From contig OX597824.1 in NCBI GenBank assembly GCA_951406725.2, positions 48,980,001 through 49,044,000 of the forward strand: DNA of 64,000 bases, given 5' to 3'. The position numbers and the translations under genes are program-made. Below are positions 1-11,845 of this stretch, piece by piece. Position 1 is the stretch's first letter, and the number at the start of each line of letters is the position of its first letter. Origin of the DNA: Octopus vulgaris (Eukaryota). The notes under the pieces were generated by a model. It saw only the letters and a list, made by a program, of their open reading frames with translations, was not told where the DNA came from and did not search any database.

Positions 1-420
1 ACCGCGCAGAGGGACTGAATCCCAAACCATGTGACTGCAAAGCGAGTTTTTTAATCATACAGCCATGCCCATGCCCATATAATGTAACCATTAACTGTGC
101 GCGCACGCGTGCGTTCTGTCTGTCTGTATATCTGTATGTATATATGTAGATATACACATGAATACATATACTTGTGTATGTGAGTGTAGGCACGAATGTA
201 TGTATATAAAGTGAGCCAATTTACTCGGAGATCACGAAAATTAATTCTGTAGAGGTGAAATAACAATGCCAACAACAATCCCGTAATTACCATCATTAAC
301 GCCATTTTCACCAACAGCAGCAGCATCGCCATCATCGTTATCATCATCATCATTGTTGTCGTCGTAGTCATCGTCATCATCATCATTATCATCATCATCA
401 ACAACAACAACAGCACTACC

Positions 421-452
<32 letters not shown>

Positions 453-576
453 CGTCGGCAATCGTGTCTAAAAGACACATGTACAGTATTCAATTAATCT
501 TTGTTAGTTAACTACACCCCACATACACACCCAACGTATCCTCATACAAACACACTCGTACACGTATATACACGCA

Positions 577-644
<68 letters not shown>

Positions 645-976
645 CACACGCACACACACACACACACATAACCACTTACATTCATAGACACAAATTATCG
701 TTAGCTTTGATCATCATTATCATTATTGATGTTAACAAAGGATTGCAAAGAAACCCTCAAGGCCCTCCTCTGCTATGGAATATCAGAGCAACCTATTACT
801 TCTTCTGTTGCTGCTGCTGCTGTTGTTGTTGTTGTTGTTGTTGCTGTTGCTGCTGCTTCTTGTTTCAGACAATTAACTTCTCAATGGCTTAATTATCGTC
901 AAAAAACACCCAGGACATGAAAGTGTCAGTGATAAAGGCCTGGTTTTCTTCTCTTCTTCCATTTGTGTGTACGTGT

Positions 977-1041
<65 letters not shown>

Positions 1042-1059
1042 CAGCTGTCTTGCACACAC

Positions 1060-1560
1060 TTTCACATCATAATCATTAACAGCAGCAGCATCAGTAATGT
1101 CACTATTACCTTCATCGTGAGTGTAATCATCATCATCACTATCATCATCATCATCATCATCGTCATCGTCATCGTCATAATTGTCGTCCTCGTCTTCGTC
1201 GTCGTTATCATCGTCAATGTTATCATCAACATCATCATCATAGCCATCACCATCATCATCATTCTCTTCAGAAATACCATTATCGTCACTACCATCATGA
1301 TCGTGATGATGATATTCATCATCATCGTTATCTTCGCCATCATTAGAATAGCTCTCATCATCATCCTCATCACTCCCGCCATCATTACCACCGTATTCAT
1401 CAGTACCATCACCCCCATCATCATCACTAGCATCTTCATCATCATCATCATCGTCATCATGCTCAACTCTACCCCCATCCCCATCATCACCATCATCACC
1501 ATCATCTTCACCACCATCACCCTCGCCGCTAATGTTGCTGCCCCAATTACCATCAATTTT
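1060..1560. repeat. degenerate (ATC)n trinucleotide tract
   Basis: Low-complexity catcat/caccat/cgtcat sequence; a similar tract lies at 280-455. Confidence 0.9.
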
Positions 1561-2190
1561 TAACCCTCGGCACTATCATTTCTTACTTTTTTACTTTGTC
1601 CTCTCGAAAACCCTTAGGGACCATCGCCGCCTCCTCCACCCACTATCAAGCACCAACAGTAATTCTCTAACTTTTCATTTAAGGTGGTGGCGAAGAAGGG
1701 AGTAGATTTCAGAATCAGTAGAGCATACATTGTCCTTTCACACGTTTATGAGTTCAAAGCCTACCCAAGCTACCTCTGTATTTCATTACTTCTGGGGCAA
1801 GAAAATAAGTGTCAATCAATGTATACACACACACACAATTATAAATAATGCAAAAAGAAAAAATTCTCTTTGCTAATAATCTGAAAAATGGATGCTAAAT
1901 CATCTAACCACATAAAATATTTTCACTTACATTATTACACCACATATTTTATATGCTGGTCGCTGGTAAAATTTGTTTGATAACATTTTATCCTTAAATT
2001 AGAAGTAAATTAATTCTCATTCACTTTGCGACTGGTTAACCACTTGTGTGCGTTTCCTGACCGACTACACTTGTGTCGATGCTTGCTACGGAATTTCTAT
2101 TTGGATATATTTGGAGTACTTAAATGTATTCATGGCTTTGCGTCTGCTTTTCCGTGGGTATGTCTAAGTATTTCCATTTATTTTCATTGT

Positions 2191-2257
2191 GTTCCTCGCT
2201 GATGAAGGAAGAATCCTTTTGGATTAATCCAGAAATCGGAACCGATTCGGTGATAAC
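2191..2257 (+). ncRNA. candidate degenerate type I hammerhead ribozyme
   Basis: CTGATGA (2199-2205); stem II gga-aatcc-tttt-ggatt-tcc; GAAA (2232-35); stem III atcgg/ccgat; AUU triplet. Stem I is imperfect and there is an A.A mismatch at the base of stem II. Confidence 0.4.
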
Positions 2258-2585
2258 TTTATGAATTTCTGTTAGCTTGCTTTCCTCGTTTCGACACGTG
2301 AAAATATCTGATGTGGTTAGACGATTTAACGTCTATTTTTCAGCATATTGGCAAAGAAATTTTTTTTTCTTTTTGCTCTTATTTATAATTGCATTTATAG
2401 TCTTCGCCTTAAAGGGTATTTTTCATATTCTGGCCACTGATAAAAAAATTTTATCCTTATGTTAGAAGTGTACATATAATATATATATTGATAAAAACGG
2501 TAAGATAACAAAAGAAAGAAAGAGACCTCGATATTATGTAAATAGAGGAATTTATCTGTAAAAATAATATGTGACAATTATTCGG

Positions 2586-2659
2586 TAGCCAAGATAAAAC
2601 TCCGAGTTTTGGATGCCGAGGTGGAAATCCACGCCACCATCTCTTCAGTTATCCGGCCA
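2586..2659 (-). ncRNA. candidate minimal type I hammerhead ribozyme (Penelope pLTR type), core probably mutated
   Basis: Minus strand reads tggccggataa-CTGAAGA-gatg...catc-c-AAAA-ctcggagtt-ttatcttggcta: ~11-bp stem I, near-palindromic stem III, GUU triplet. The GAAA box reads AAAA. Confidence 0.55.
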
Positions 2660-2682
2660 TCGGATTATTATGTATATATCTG

Positions 2683-2940
2683 CGTGTTGTGTTCTTGAGC
2701 AAGGCACTTTATTTCACGTTGCTCCAGTTCACTCAGCTGTAGAAATGAGTTGCGACGTCACTGGTGCCAAGCTGTATCGACCTTTGTCTTTCCCTTGGAT
2801 AACACTGGTGGCGTGGAGAGGGGAGGCTGGTATGCATGGGCGACTGCTGGTCTTCCATAAACAACCTTGCCCGGACTTGTGTCTAGAAGGGTAACTTTCT
2901 AGGTGCAATCCCATGGTCATTCATGACCGAAGGGGGTCTT
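2683..2940 (+). mobile_element. tRNA-derived SINE body (Nin/Deu-like central domain), head missing
   Basis: gtgttcttgagcaaggcactttatttcacgttgctccagttcactcagctgtagaaatgag...; homologous to the copy at 22703-23020. Confidence 0.7.
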
Positions 2941-3029
2941 TATATATATATATATATATGGGGGAGGGGTATTTCTTTTACTTGCTTCACTCATTGGAAT
3001 ACGGCCATGCTGGGGGCGCCGCCTTGAAA

Positions 3030-3260
3030 GTTTCAGTACCAATAGCCAGTTATTACAACTCAATCACGTAATAACTGGCTATTGGTCCGTTTCGGACTCT
3101 TATGTGAAGCATCTGATCAATGTGGAGCGTAAGATTAATTAATAAATGAATGACAAAAGAACGGGAGTTACGTAATCTTATGACTTCATCAGAGCCTCAA
3201 CAAGACATCATTTTAAGGCTCTGACTAAGCGATAAAATGTCGCGCTGGTACTGAACCCTG
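3030..3260. mobile_element. small multi-hairpin element, possible hAT-like MITE
   Basis: Terminal inverted match ttcagtacca/tggtactgaa; right end ...aaccctg; perfect 19-bp internal stem at 3038-3056/3068-3086. Confidence 0.4.
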
Positions 3261-4196
3261 TGTGCCTAGTTCTTTATAATCGAAACATGGAGTACGTACC
3301 ACGGTATTTCTACTAAGATACATTTGCTACAGTTCATTTATACTGATATGCCTATCACATTACATCTACAATAGTACACGTACCCTACTGTTCACAACTG
3401 AGAAATATACTTCATCCTGATACCTCTGTAAAGCAATCTATCAATGAAGAACTTTGAGAATCAGTTTCTTTTCCGCGAACACAGTGTACTACTGAGGCCG
3501 GGACATGAACCACTGACCCTCAGGCATGCAAGCCAGAGCCCTAATGACTTGTTAGAGACTTGCAACATTCTAAATTGTAGGACGTTTCACAATAATCCAT
3601 TATATTTTTCTATTACTTCATCAAATACTTATTTGTATGCAGTGGTGAGTATCTCGTCCTTTTGCTCTTATTTTTTTATCTGTTTTGCTTTTGTACTTTG
3701 TTTTGTTTTGTTTTGTTTTGTTTTGCTTCGTTTTTGTTTCATTTTGTTTTATTTTTTATAGGGGAGGAGGCTCCCAGAAAGATAAAAAGCAAATACATTA
3801 GCTATTATAACAAAGTATCTAATGAAGCTTATTTCCTCATTGTTATAGTCAGTTCCACGAGAATTCATAATGGCACAGTGACGTGAATTAACAAGTCTTT
3901 ATTTGACTAAACTAATTGCTCACAAGTAGCCGCGTTCAACACCACATTAACGTTGGCTTGCTCAATGATGAACCAATCACTTTATCCCCTTTTCTCTCTT
4001 TATCTTGCTTTTCTTCTCGTATCTCTCCTCTCTCTTTCTCCCTCTCTCTCTCCCTCCCTTGCTCTCTCCTTATATATATATATATATTCTTTTACTCATT
4101 TACTTGTTTCACTCATTAGACTGCGGCCATGTTAAGGCACTATATGTATGTATGTATGCGTGTACGTGTGTGTGTGCGCGTGTGTGTGATGTGTAT

Positions 4197-4232
<36 letters not shown>

Positions 4233-4417
4233 AACATTGCCATGACTACGAAGGGGTGGTGTGATATTTCTAAGCAGGCAAAAGTGATAGTAGTTCGGCG
4301 TTCCTTTAGTACTCAGTTAAGCGAGATGTCGAAAACGTGAACCCTCTTTTGGCCAATGGAAATTGATTAAATGAATAGATCGAAGACACAAAACCAACAA
4401 CAACAATAGCAAAAATA

Positions 4418-5079
4418 ATCATTTCTACTATAGGTACAAGGCCTGAAACTTTGGTGGGGGCTAATAGTTGACTACATTGATCCCAGTACTCAACTGGTAC
4501 TTCATCGACCCCGAGAAAGAGGAACGGCAAAATCGACTCCGGCGGAATTTGAACTCAAAAATGTAAAGGCGTGCTAGCGATCCTGCCAAGCTTACCGCCT
4601 TAATTATTATAATAATAATGGTTTCAAATTTGGGTACACGGTCACCAATTTCGGAGCAGGGATTAAGTCGATTACATCGACCGCAATGCTCATATGGTAC
4701 TTATTTTATCGACCCCAAAAGGATGAAAGGCAAAGTCAAACTCGGAGGCATTTGAACTCAGAACATAAAGACGGACGAAATGCTGTTAATCATTTTGCCC
4801 GGTATCCTAACGATTTTGCCAGCTCGCCGCCTCGATAATATTATTATTAATAATAATAATAATAATAATCCTTTCTACTAAAATCACAAGGCTTGAAATG
4901 TTGTGCGGGGAGGCTAGACGATTGCATCAATCCCAGTGTTTCACTGGTACTTAATTTATCGACCCCTAAAGGATGAAAGACAATGTCGACGTCGGCAGAA
5001 TTTGAACCCAGAACAGAGACAGACGAAATACCGGTAAGCATTTCGCCCGGCGTGCTAACAATTCTGCCAGCTCGCCGCC
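4418..5079 (-). mobile_element. three tandem tRNA-derived SINEs (Meta/MESC-like domain) separated by (AAT)n
   Basis: Copies at ~4418-4599, 4619-4831 and 4869-5079. Each has a ggcggcgagctggc head, a gttcaaat B-box and a gcctttcatcct..ggggtcgataaa..gtaccag core on the minus strand. Confidence 0.85.
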
Positions 5080-5082
5080 TTG

Positions 5083-5149
<67 letters not shown>

Positions 5150-5188
5150 TAATAATAATAATAATAACAACAATAATAATAATGATGA

Positions 5189-5222
<34 letters not shown>

Positions 5223-5458
5223 GGTGGTGGTGGTGGTGGTGGTGGTGGAGCAAGCCCAGAAAACTGCGCTGCTCGGAACAGTTGGAGTTTTAAGATTGGT
5301 ACTTGGATGTTGAATGTCTCCCACGATAATTAACAACCAATTATCAAAGCTTATAATATGCAGAAAGAGACCCCGTGAGACGTTTGACAGCAGGTTGCTG
5401 TCCGTTTTCTCAGAATCTACCAGAAAAAACAAGACCGAACGTTTCGAGAAGTAAAACG

Positions 5459-5526
<68 letters not shown>

Positions 5527-5550
5527 GAAAACAACAACCATAATAATAAC

Positions 5551-6005
5551 AATGCCAAGCACTGGTTCTCAATACCACAGATTTGCTTCTCAGTTGCTTG
5601 ACCTTAACCAGTTGAGCGTATCCCTTCGCGGCTGACAATACGTTCATCTCTGATCACGAGCAGAAGTGGGGGATTATCAAAGGCATGTGTTCAAAAGAAG
5701 TTTTGGGAGTTTGAATTATTCACTTATGGAAACGTGAGTGTTTCGTTCAACATCCTTAAACAACCCTTCTTCGGGGACCTTTTGAGCGGGATGGGCTACT
5801 CCACCTGAAGAAAATTCCAACTGGGTCCCACCTGCAAGGTCTCATGCGCTGTTTACCTTCATATAAGATCGTATTGTCACGCACATATGATTGTGATGCA
5901 TGTACCTGTTGTGCCCTCATCAGACGGGTAGTCAAGATGGGCATAATGGGCTTCGTATATTTGAACTCCAGTGTCACTTTGACGGCATGCGCTACTCACC
6001 CGCTC
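5551..6005 (+). mobile_element. non-autonomous retroposon in (AAT)n, copy 1 (internal deletion)
   Basis: Aligns with 6077-6632 and has (AAT)n on both sides. About 90 bp are lost at a CTCA microhomology near 5568. Confidence 0.75.
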
Positions 6006-6076
<71 letters not shown>

Positions 6077-6078
<2 letters not shown>

Positions 6079-6632
6079 GCCCTGATGCAGTACCAGGCAG
6101 CGGCTCTCATGGCTTCTGATCTTAACTGACTGGAAGTGTTATCATGTACATTGTTTTGTCTTGGTATAAAAGATGGGCTACAGTAAATATTCTGCTCAAT
6201 ACCACAGATTTGCTTGTCAGTTGTTTGACCTTAAGCAGTTGAGCATGTTCCTTAGTGGCTGACGATATGTGCATCTCTGATCACGAGCAGAAGTAGTGGG
6301 GGAGCATCATAGCCATGTGTTGAGAGGGATTCTTTGGGGTTTGAATGATTCACCTCTGGAGGCATGGATGTTTCATTCAACATCCTTGGATAACCATTAG
6401 TCAGGGACCTTTTGAGTGGGATGGGTTACCCGACCAGTGGAGAATTCTGGCTGGGTCCCACCTGTGAGGTCGTGCGTTGTTTGTCTTGTTATGAGATCAC
6501 CATGTCGCGCACATATGGTTGTGATGCATGTGCCTGATGTACCCTTATCAGACGGGTGGTCATGATTGGTATACTGGGCTTCGTATATTTTACCCCAGAG
6601 TCACTTTGATGGCATGCACTGCTCTCTCACTC
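6077..6632 (+). mobile_element. ~556-bp non-autonomous retroposon in (AAT)n, copy 2 (longest)
   Basis: Ends ...gcatgcactgctctctcactc(aat)n like the other copies; no intact ORF. Confidence 0.75.
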
Positions 6633-6671
<39 letters not shown>

Positions 6672-7079
6672 CCTTTCTAATATAAGCACAAGGCCTGGAA
6701 TTTTGGAGGAGGGGTTTTATAATAATAATTATTGTTGTTGTTGTTGTTGTTGTTATAAACAATAGCAGCAACGAAAGGGACAACAGTAGCAGTAACATCA
6801 AAAACAATACAGACAATATTGGCAAGAACAGCATCAATAGGAATGACATAGTTTACAGAAGATTCATTAAGCAAACATTTATGAGGATGGTGAGCGGCGA
6901 GTTTGATTGGACTTCTTCATGCATTCTTTAAATGGACGGCTTCAATGCATAAAGATAATTTTTCATTAAACAATGTATGATGCCGTCACCCACCTCTCAC
7001 TCGCCCTTTCCCTTCCAATCACACACACGCACACATACACATGCATGCATTGACATTCACTCACTGACACACACATACA

Positions 7080-7116
<37 letters not shown>

Positions 7117-7121
7117 GTTTA

Positions 7122-7163
<42 letters not shown>

Positions 7164-7570
7164 AGCATACACAAAATCATATATATGTGTGTGTATGTAT
7201 ATATATATATATATATATACACACGCACACACACGCTTATATTCATATATATATATATATGTATGTGTGTATATATATCGATATATATATATGTTAGTAT
7301 ATGCACACATATGTATGTATGCATGTATGTATGTATGTATATATGTATGTGCGTGTGTATATATATATATATATAAGTATATAATTGTCTGTGTGTGTGC
7401 GCGCGCGCGTTGCCACTCTCGCTCCATTACACAAGATAATTGTCCTCTTTTCTCGCTTCTTTCCTTGCATTTATTGATCCCAACTTCCCATGCAACGTCA
7501 TCGATTATCTATCTTTATTCAAGACATTGGGAGATGCATGCATTCATACACGTTCATGTTCATGCACAGT

Positions 7571-7602
<32 letters not shown>

Positions 7603-7606
7603 TGTA

Positions 7607-7649
<43 letters not shown>

Positions 7650-7862
7650 ATGATAAAAAATGTTGGATGAAATGAAATGCATGTTCCCTTGCATTTACAT
7701 TTGAGCAGATATATATATATATACATGTGAATTTATAGATATGTGAGAGTATATATACATATATATATATATATACATACACACATCCACATATATACAT
7801 ACATGCGCTCATAAAGTACATTATGGTGCAATTAATGGATGTGTGCTCATGAATTCTGATAT

Positions 7863-7894
<32 letters not shown>

Positions 7895-8231
7895 TGATAC
7901 AAAGGAAAAGGGAAAAAATTATGGGAAGATGAGATAATGGAGATAAGCACTCTGTTATATATTCAAACATCTTATTTCTTTTCTTTGTTTTCTCGTTTGT
8001 TATAAACTTTTTCTTCTGATCGCAGTTTCTCGTTTCTATAGGCTGGAGGTCTCTTATTGCTATTTCTTTTTACACATTTTCTTTTCTCTCTCTCTCCCTC
8101 TTTCCTCCCCTCCCTCCCTCTTTCTCTTCTTTCTTTCCCTTTCTCTCTCTCCTTCTCACTGCATTTATATACACATACATATACACATATATACACACAC
8201 ACACAAATACACACTTAGCTACACACACACG

Positions 8232-8319
<88 letters not shown>

Positions 8320-8322
<3 letters not shown>

Positions 8323-8590
8323 GAGCTGGACAAAATAATAGAAGCACCTCCTTAAACGGAAGTTTCATTATTTAATACGAAGTTGGCCCACCTTTGCTAT
8401 CAATCATAGCTTTAATACGTCGAGGAATTGACTTGAACAGATTCTGAACGGTTATTAGGGAAATTTTGGGCCACTCTTCAAATAACATCTCCTTTACCTC
8501 TTTGATGCAATGGTGAAGGGAAGTGGCCTTCCACATGTTGCTTAAATGTTTAATTGTATTGAGATCTGGGGATTGTGGAGCGGAATGCAA
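8320..8590 (-). mobile_element. Tc1-like transposon 3' end (transposase C-terminus and TIR remnant)
   Basis: PQSPDLNTIKHL...SIPRRIKAMIDSKGGPTSY*; TIR-like caagagctggacaaaataatagaagcacc at ~8320. Confidence 0.8.
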
Positions 8591-8632
8591 TTCAAGTGAT
8601 ATATTCCTTTTCTGTGCTCTTCATACCAATTT

Positions 8633-8699
<67 letters not shown>

Positions 8700-9202
8700 G
8701 CATTGTCGCTGTGAATTTTCTTTCATTTTCCCCTTTATTTTATTTGTTCATTTATTTATTTATTTATTTATTTGCTTTTTCTCTATGTCTTCTCCTTTTT
8801 CTCTATCACATGACTTTGTAAATGAACAATCTGGTGTGTTTATTTTAATGGCCTACGAATGTATACGGTACGTCTCTCTGCCCTAGATGTCAGGAAGACA
8901 TTCGGCAAGAAATAATGGAAACAGAATTTAAAGAAGAAGAAGAAGAAGAAGAAGAAGAAGAAGAAGAAGAAGAAGAAGAAGAAGAAGAAGAAGAAGAAGA
9001 AGAAGAAGAAGAAGAAGAAGAAGAAGAAGAAGAAGAAGAAGAATCTTAGTATAAAAGATAGGCTACAGCAAATATTCTGCCCAGTATCACAGATTTGCTT
9101 GTCAGTCGCTTGACCTTAACCAGTTGAGCATGTCCCTTAGTGGCTGGCGATATGTGCATCTCCGATCACAAGCAGAAGTCGTAGGGGAGCATCATAGCCA
9201 TG

Positions 9203-10040
9203 GGATCTTTACCTTTTGACCGGCAGATTTAGAAAATAATGTTTTGTAACTAAACACTTTCAAACTCCGTATACTGGTAGAATGTGTCATATAAAACATC
9301 TTTTACTCTTAGCATTTTTTGAGAAAAGTTTGTTTACAAAGTTAACGGCGGTGTATATTTCATTTGTCACTGTTATTTATGACATCGTTCGTGCGTTTGT
9401 ACTGGTTTTAGCTTTAAGGTTTTAGGGTTAGGGTTAGGATTAAGGTTTTAGAGTTAGGGTTAGGGTTTTAGTGCTAGGGTTAGGATTTTAGAGTTAGGGT
9501 TAGGGTTAGGGTTAAGGTTAAGGTTTTAGGGTTAGGGTTGGGGTTTTAGGGTTAAAGTTACGGAAAAACTGAAAAATGAAGACGTTGGATGGGTAGTGGT
9601 AAGGAGTGGGGGGGGCAAAAAAGTATTTCCGAAAATAGTAGCTGAAAAACAGGAAAAAATACTAAATGCAATATAAATGCATGAACGATTATGGTGGTGC
9701 CATGAAGTAAACGTGCTTCAGGTACATTCGTTTATTCATACAAACATAACTGAGATGAGATATGTCATAAATAACAGTGACAAACGAAATATATACCGCC
9801 GGAAGTTGTTGTTGTTGACAAACAACAGCAGTAATTTTATTCAGCTGAACACACATCATTGATTGGTTGAAATTACCGAAATACGAGAATTTTAACACGA
9901 AATAACTTCGTAAACATAAACTTTTCTCAAAAACACTAAGAGTAAAAGATGTTTTATATGACACATTCTACCAGTATACGAAGTTTGAAAATGTTTAGTT
10001 ACAAAAAATTATTTTCTAAATCTGCCGGTCAAAAGGATCC
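9203..10040. mobile_element. 838-bp MITE with long TIRs, 8-bp TSD and internal telomeric repeats (Merlin-like ends)
   Basis: TSD tagccatg at 9195-9202 and 10041-10048; GGATC termini; ~140-bp outer TIR (9203-9344/9901-10040) plus an inner inverted block (~9346-9386/9759-9801). Confidence 0.9.
9404..9560 (+). repeat. interstitial degenerate (TTAGGG)n telomeric repeat
   Basis: ttagggttagggttagg... with ttttaggg and ttagag variants, inside the MITE. Confidence 0.9.
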
Positions 10041-10373
10041 TAGCCATGTGTTGAGAGGAATTTTAGTGGGGTTGGATAATTCATCTCTGGAGACATGAGT
10101 GTTTCGTTCAAAATCCTTAAACATACCTTATTTGGGAATCTTTTGGGTGGAATGGACTTCATGACCTGAAGAAAATTCTATCTGGGCACTACCTGCAAAG
10201 TCATGCGCTGTTTACCTTGATATGAGATCACCATGTTGCACACATGGTTGTAATGCATGTGCCTGGTGTACCTTTCTCAGGTGAGTAGTCACGATGGGTA
10301 TATTGGGCTTCGTATACTTGTTCCCCAGTGTCACTTTAATGACATGCACTGCTCTCTCACTCAATAATGATGG

Positions 10374-10413
<40 letters not shown>

Positions 10414-10533
10414 AACAATAATAATAGAAGAGTTAAAACAGCGTATCATAGCGGTAGCAGGCAAGCTCTCCAGATATCAACAGAATAGATTATTTGAGAC
10501 AGAATAGATTATTTGAGACAGAATAGATTATTT

Positions 10534-11432
10534 GACAAAGCCCTTACTCATCAGTGGCTAATGGCTTCTGGCTTAAAATCAGAAACAGAAGGGTTTATCA
10601 TAGCAGCCTAAGACAAATACCTACCTACAAGGAACTACCAGGCCAACATATTGAAGAACGGCAGCTTCCCAACATGTCGTGTATGTCAACAACAAAATGA
10701 ATCCCTTCATCATGTTGTCTCCATGTGCAGTCTTCTAGCGCCGACAGAATATCTCATCAGGCATGATAGAGCTGCACAAGATATTCACTTGGTAATTTGC
10801 AAAAACCTGGATTTGCCCCATGATAAAAACTGGTGGGAACACAAACCACCTCCAGTGCTTTAAAATGATCACATCTCACTCCTCTGGAACTTCACCATTC
10901 AAACTGACAGAAAGATAGATGCAAATATGCCAGACATCATATTGAAAGACTTCAGACAAAAATCATGCCTCCTTATTAATATGACTGTCCCAATCGATAT
11001 AAACGTATCTGTCAAGACCTACCAAAAACTGAGTAAGTATAAAGATCCTGAAATAGAAATTAGCAAAATGTGGAACCTAAAGACTAAAACAATACCTGTT
11101 GTCATAGGTTCCCTAGGAATGATACAAAAGGGGCTGATTGCTACCTAGCTCAGATACCAGGAAATCCCAAAATGGCAGAAATTCAAAAGATAGTGCTCAT
11201 GGGAACTGCCCATATCCTACGCAAAATACTGTCCATGTAATCTCAAATTTTAAAACAAACATAATTTTCTGAAGGTTTCTTAAACATTCTCTAGAATAAC
11301 ACTATGTACAACACCAAATATATGGCACCCTAAGCATAACACGAGCATGAACTTCTAGCTTGTTGTCTCTTGAAGTCTCTGGGTGAGACTTGGAGCCAAC
11401 TTGTACAAATGCAAAGCAAAAGTCAAACATAA

Positions 11433-11490
<58 letters not shown>
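10534..11490 (+). mobile_element. 5'-truncated R4/Dong-like non-LTR retrotransposon (CCHC knuckle and restriction-like endonuclease), decayed
   Basis: WL...LKSETEGFIIAA*D...CRVC..ESLHHVVSMC...RHD...LLWNFTIQTDR...PDIIL...KLSKYKD...IPVVIGSLG, with stops and a frameshift; 3' UTR then an (AAT)n tail. Confidence 0.9.
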
Positions 11491-11491
<1 letters not shown>

Positions 11492-11510
11492 CAACAACAA
11501 CAACAACAAC

Positions 11511-11845
11511 CGTGTGAATCGGCACATTGTCGTCCTGAAATATTGCATTATCACTAGGGAATAATGTTTGTACTATAGGATAGACATGATCAGCCAAAAT
11601 ATTCAGGTATCCCTTGCCATTAATTGTGCCCTGTAGAAGAACTTAAGGGTCATGAGTATTCCATGATATGGCTGCCCGAATCATCACAGAGCTTCCCCCA
11701 TGTTTCACAGTCAGGATTGAAGGCTTCTTTGAGTTATCTTCTGACATAAATTCACCTCAAAGTGGAAAAGAATATTAATACCGATTTATCAGAGAAGATG
11801 ACAGTGATCCGTTGGACCATTGACCACTTCTGATAGTTTTGACAT
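11511..11845 (-). mobile_element. Tc1-like transposase middle fragment (DDE region)
   Basis: VIFSDKS...TVKHGGSSVM...YLNILADHVYP...IFQDDNVPIHT. Confidence 0.85.

Larger units (their letters stand above)
9043..10362 (+). mobile_element. non-autonomous retroposon copy 3, split by a MITE
   Basis: 9043-9202 and 10041-10362 join into the 6077-6632 family sequence across the TSD tagccatg. Confidence 0.85.

Noticed and set aside
51-1563. Long ORFs of poly-I/M/V/D/C
   Set aside because: Translations of trinucleotide and dinucleotide microsatellites; no domain or splice support.
3160-3230. Minus-strand GTC...CTGATGA suggesting a hammerhead
   Set aside because: No GAAA box after stem II and stem I is out of register; explained by a simple inverted repeat.
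9404-9560. True telomere or chromosome-fusion scar
   Set aside because: Short, degenerate, in one orientation and enclosed by MITE TIRs with a TSD.
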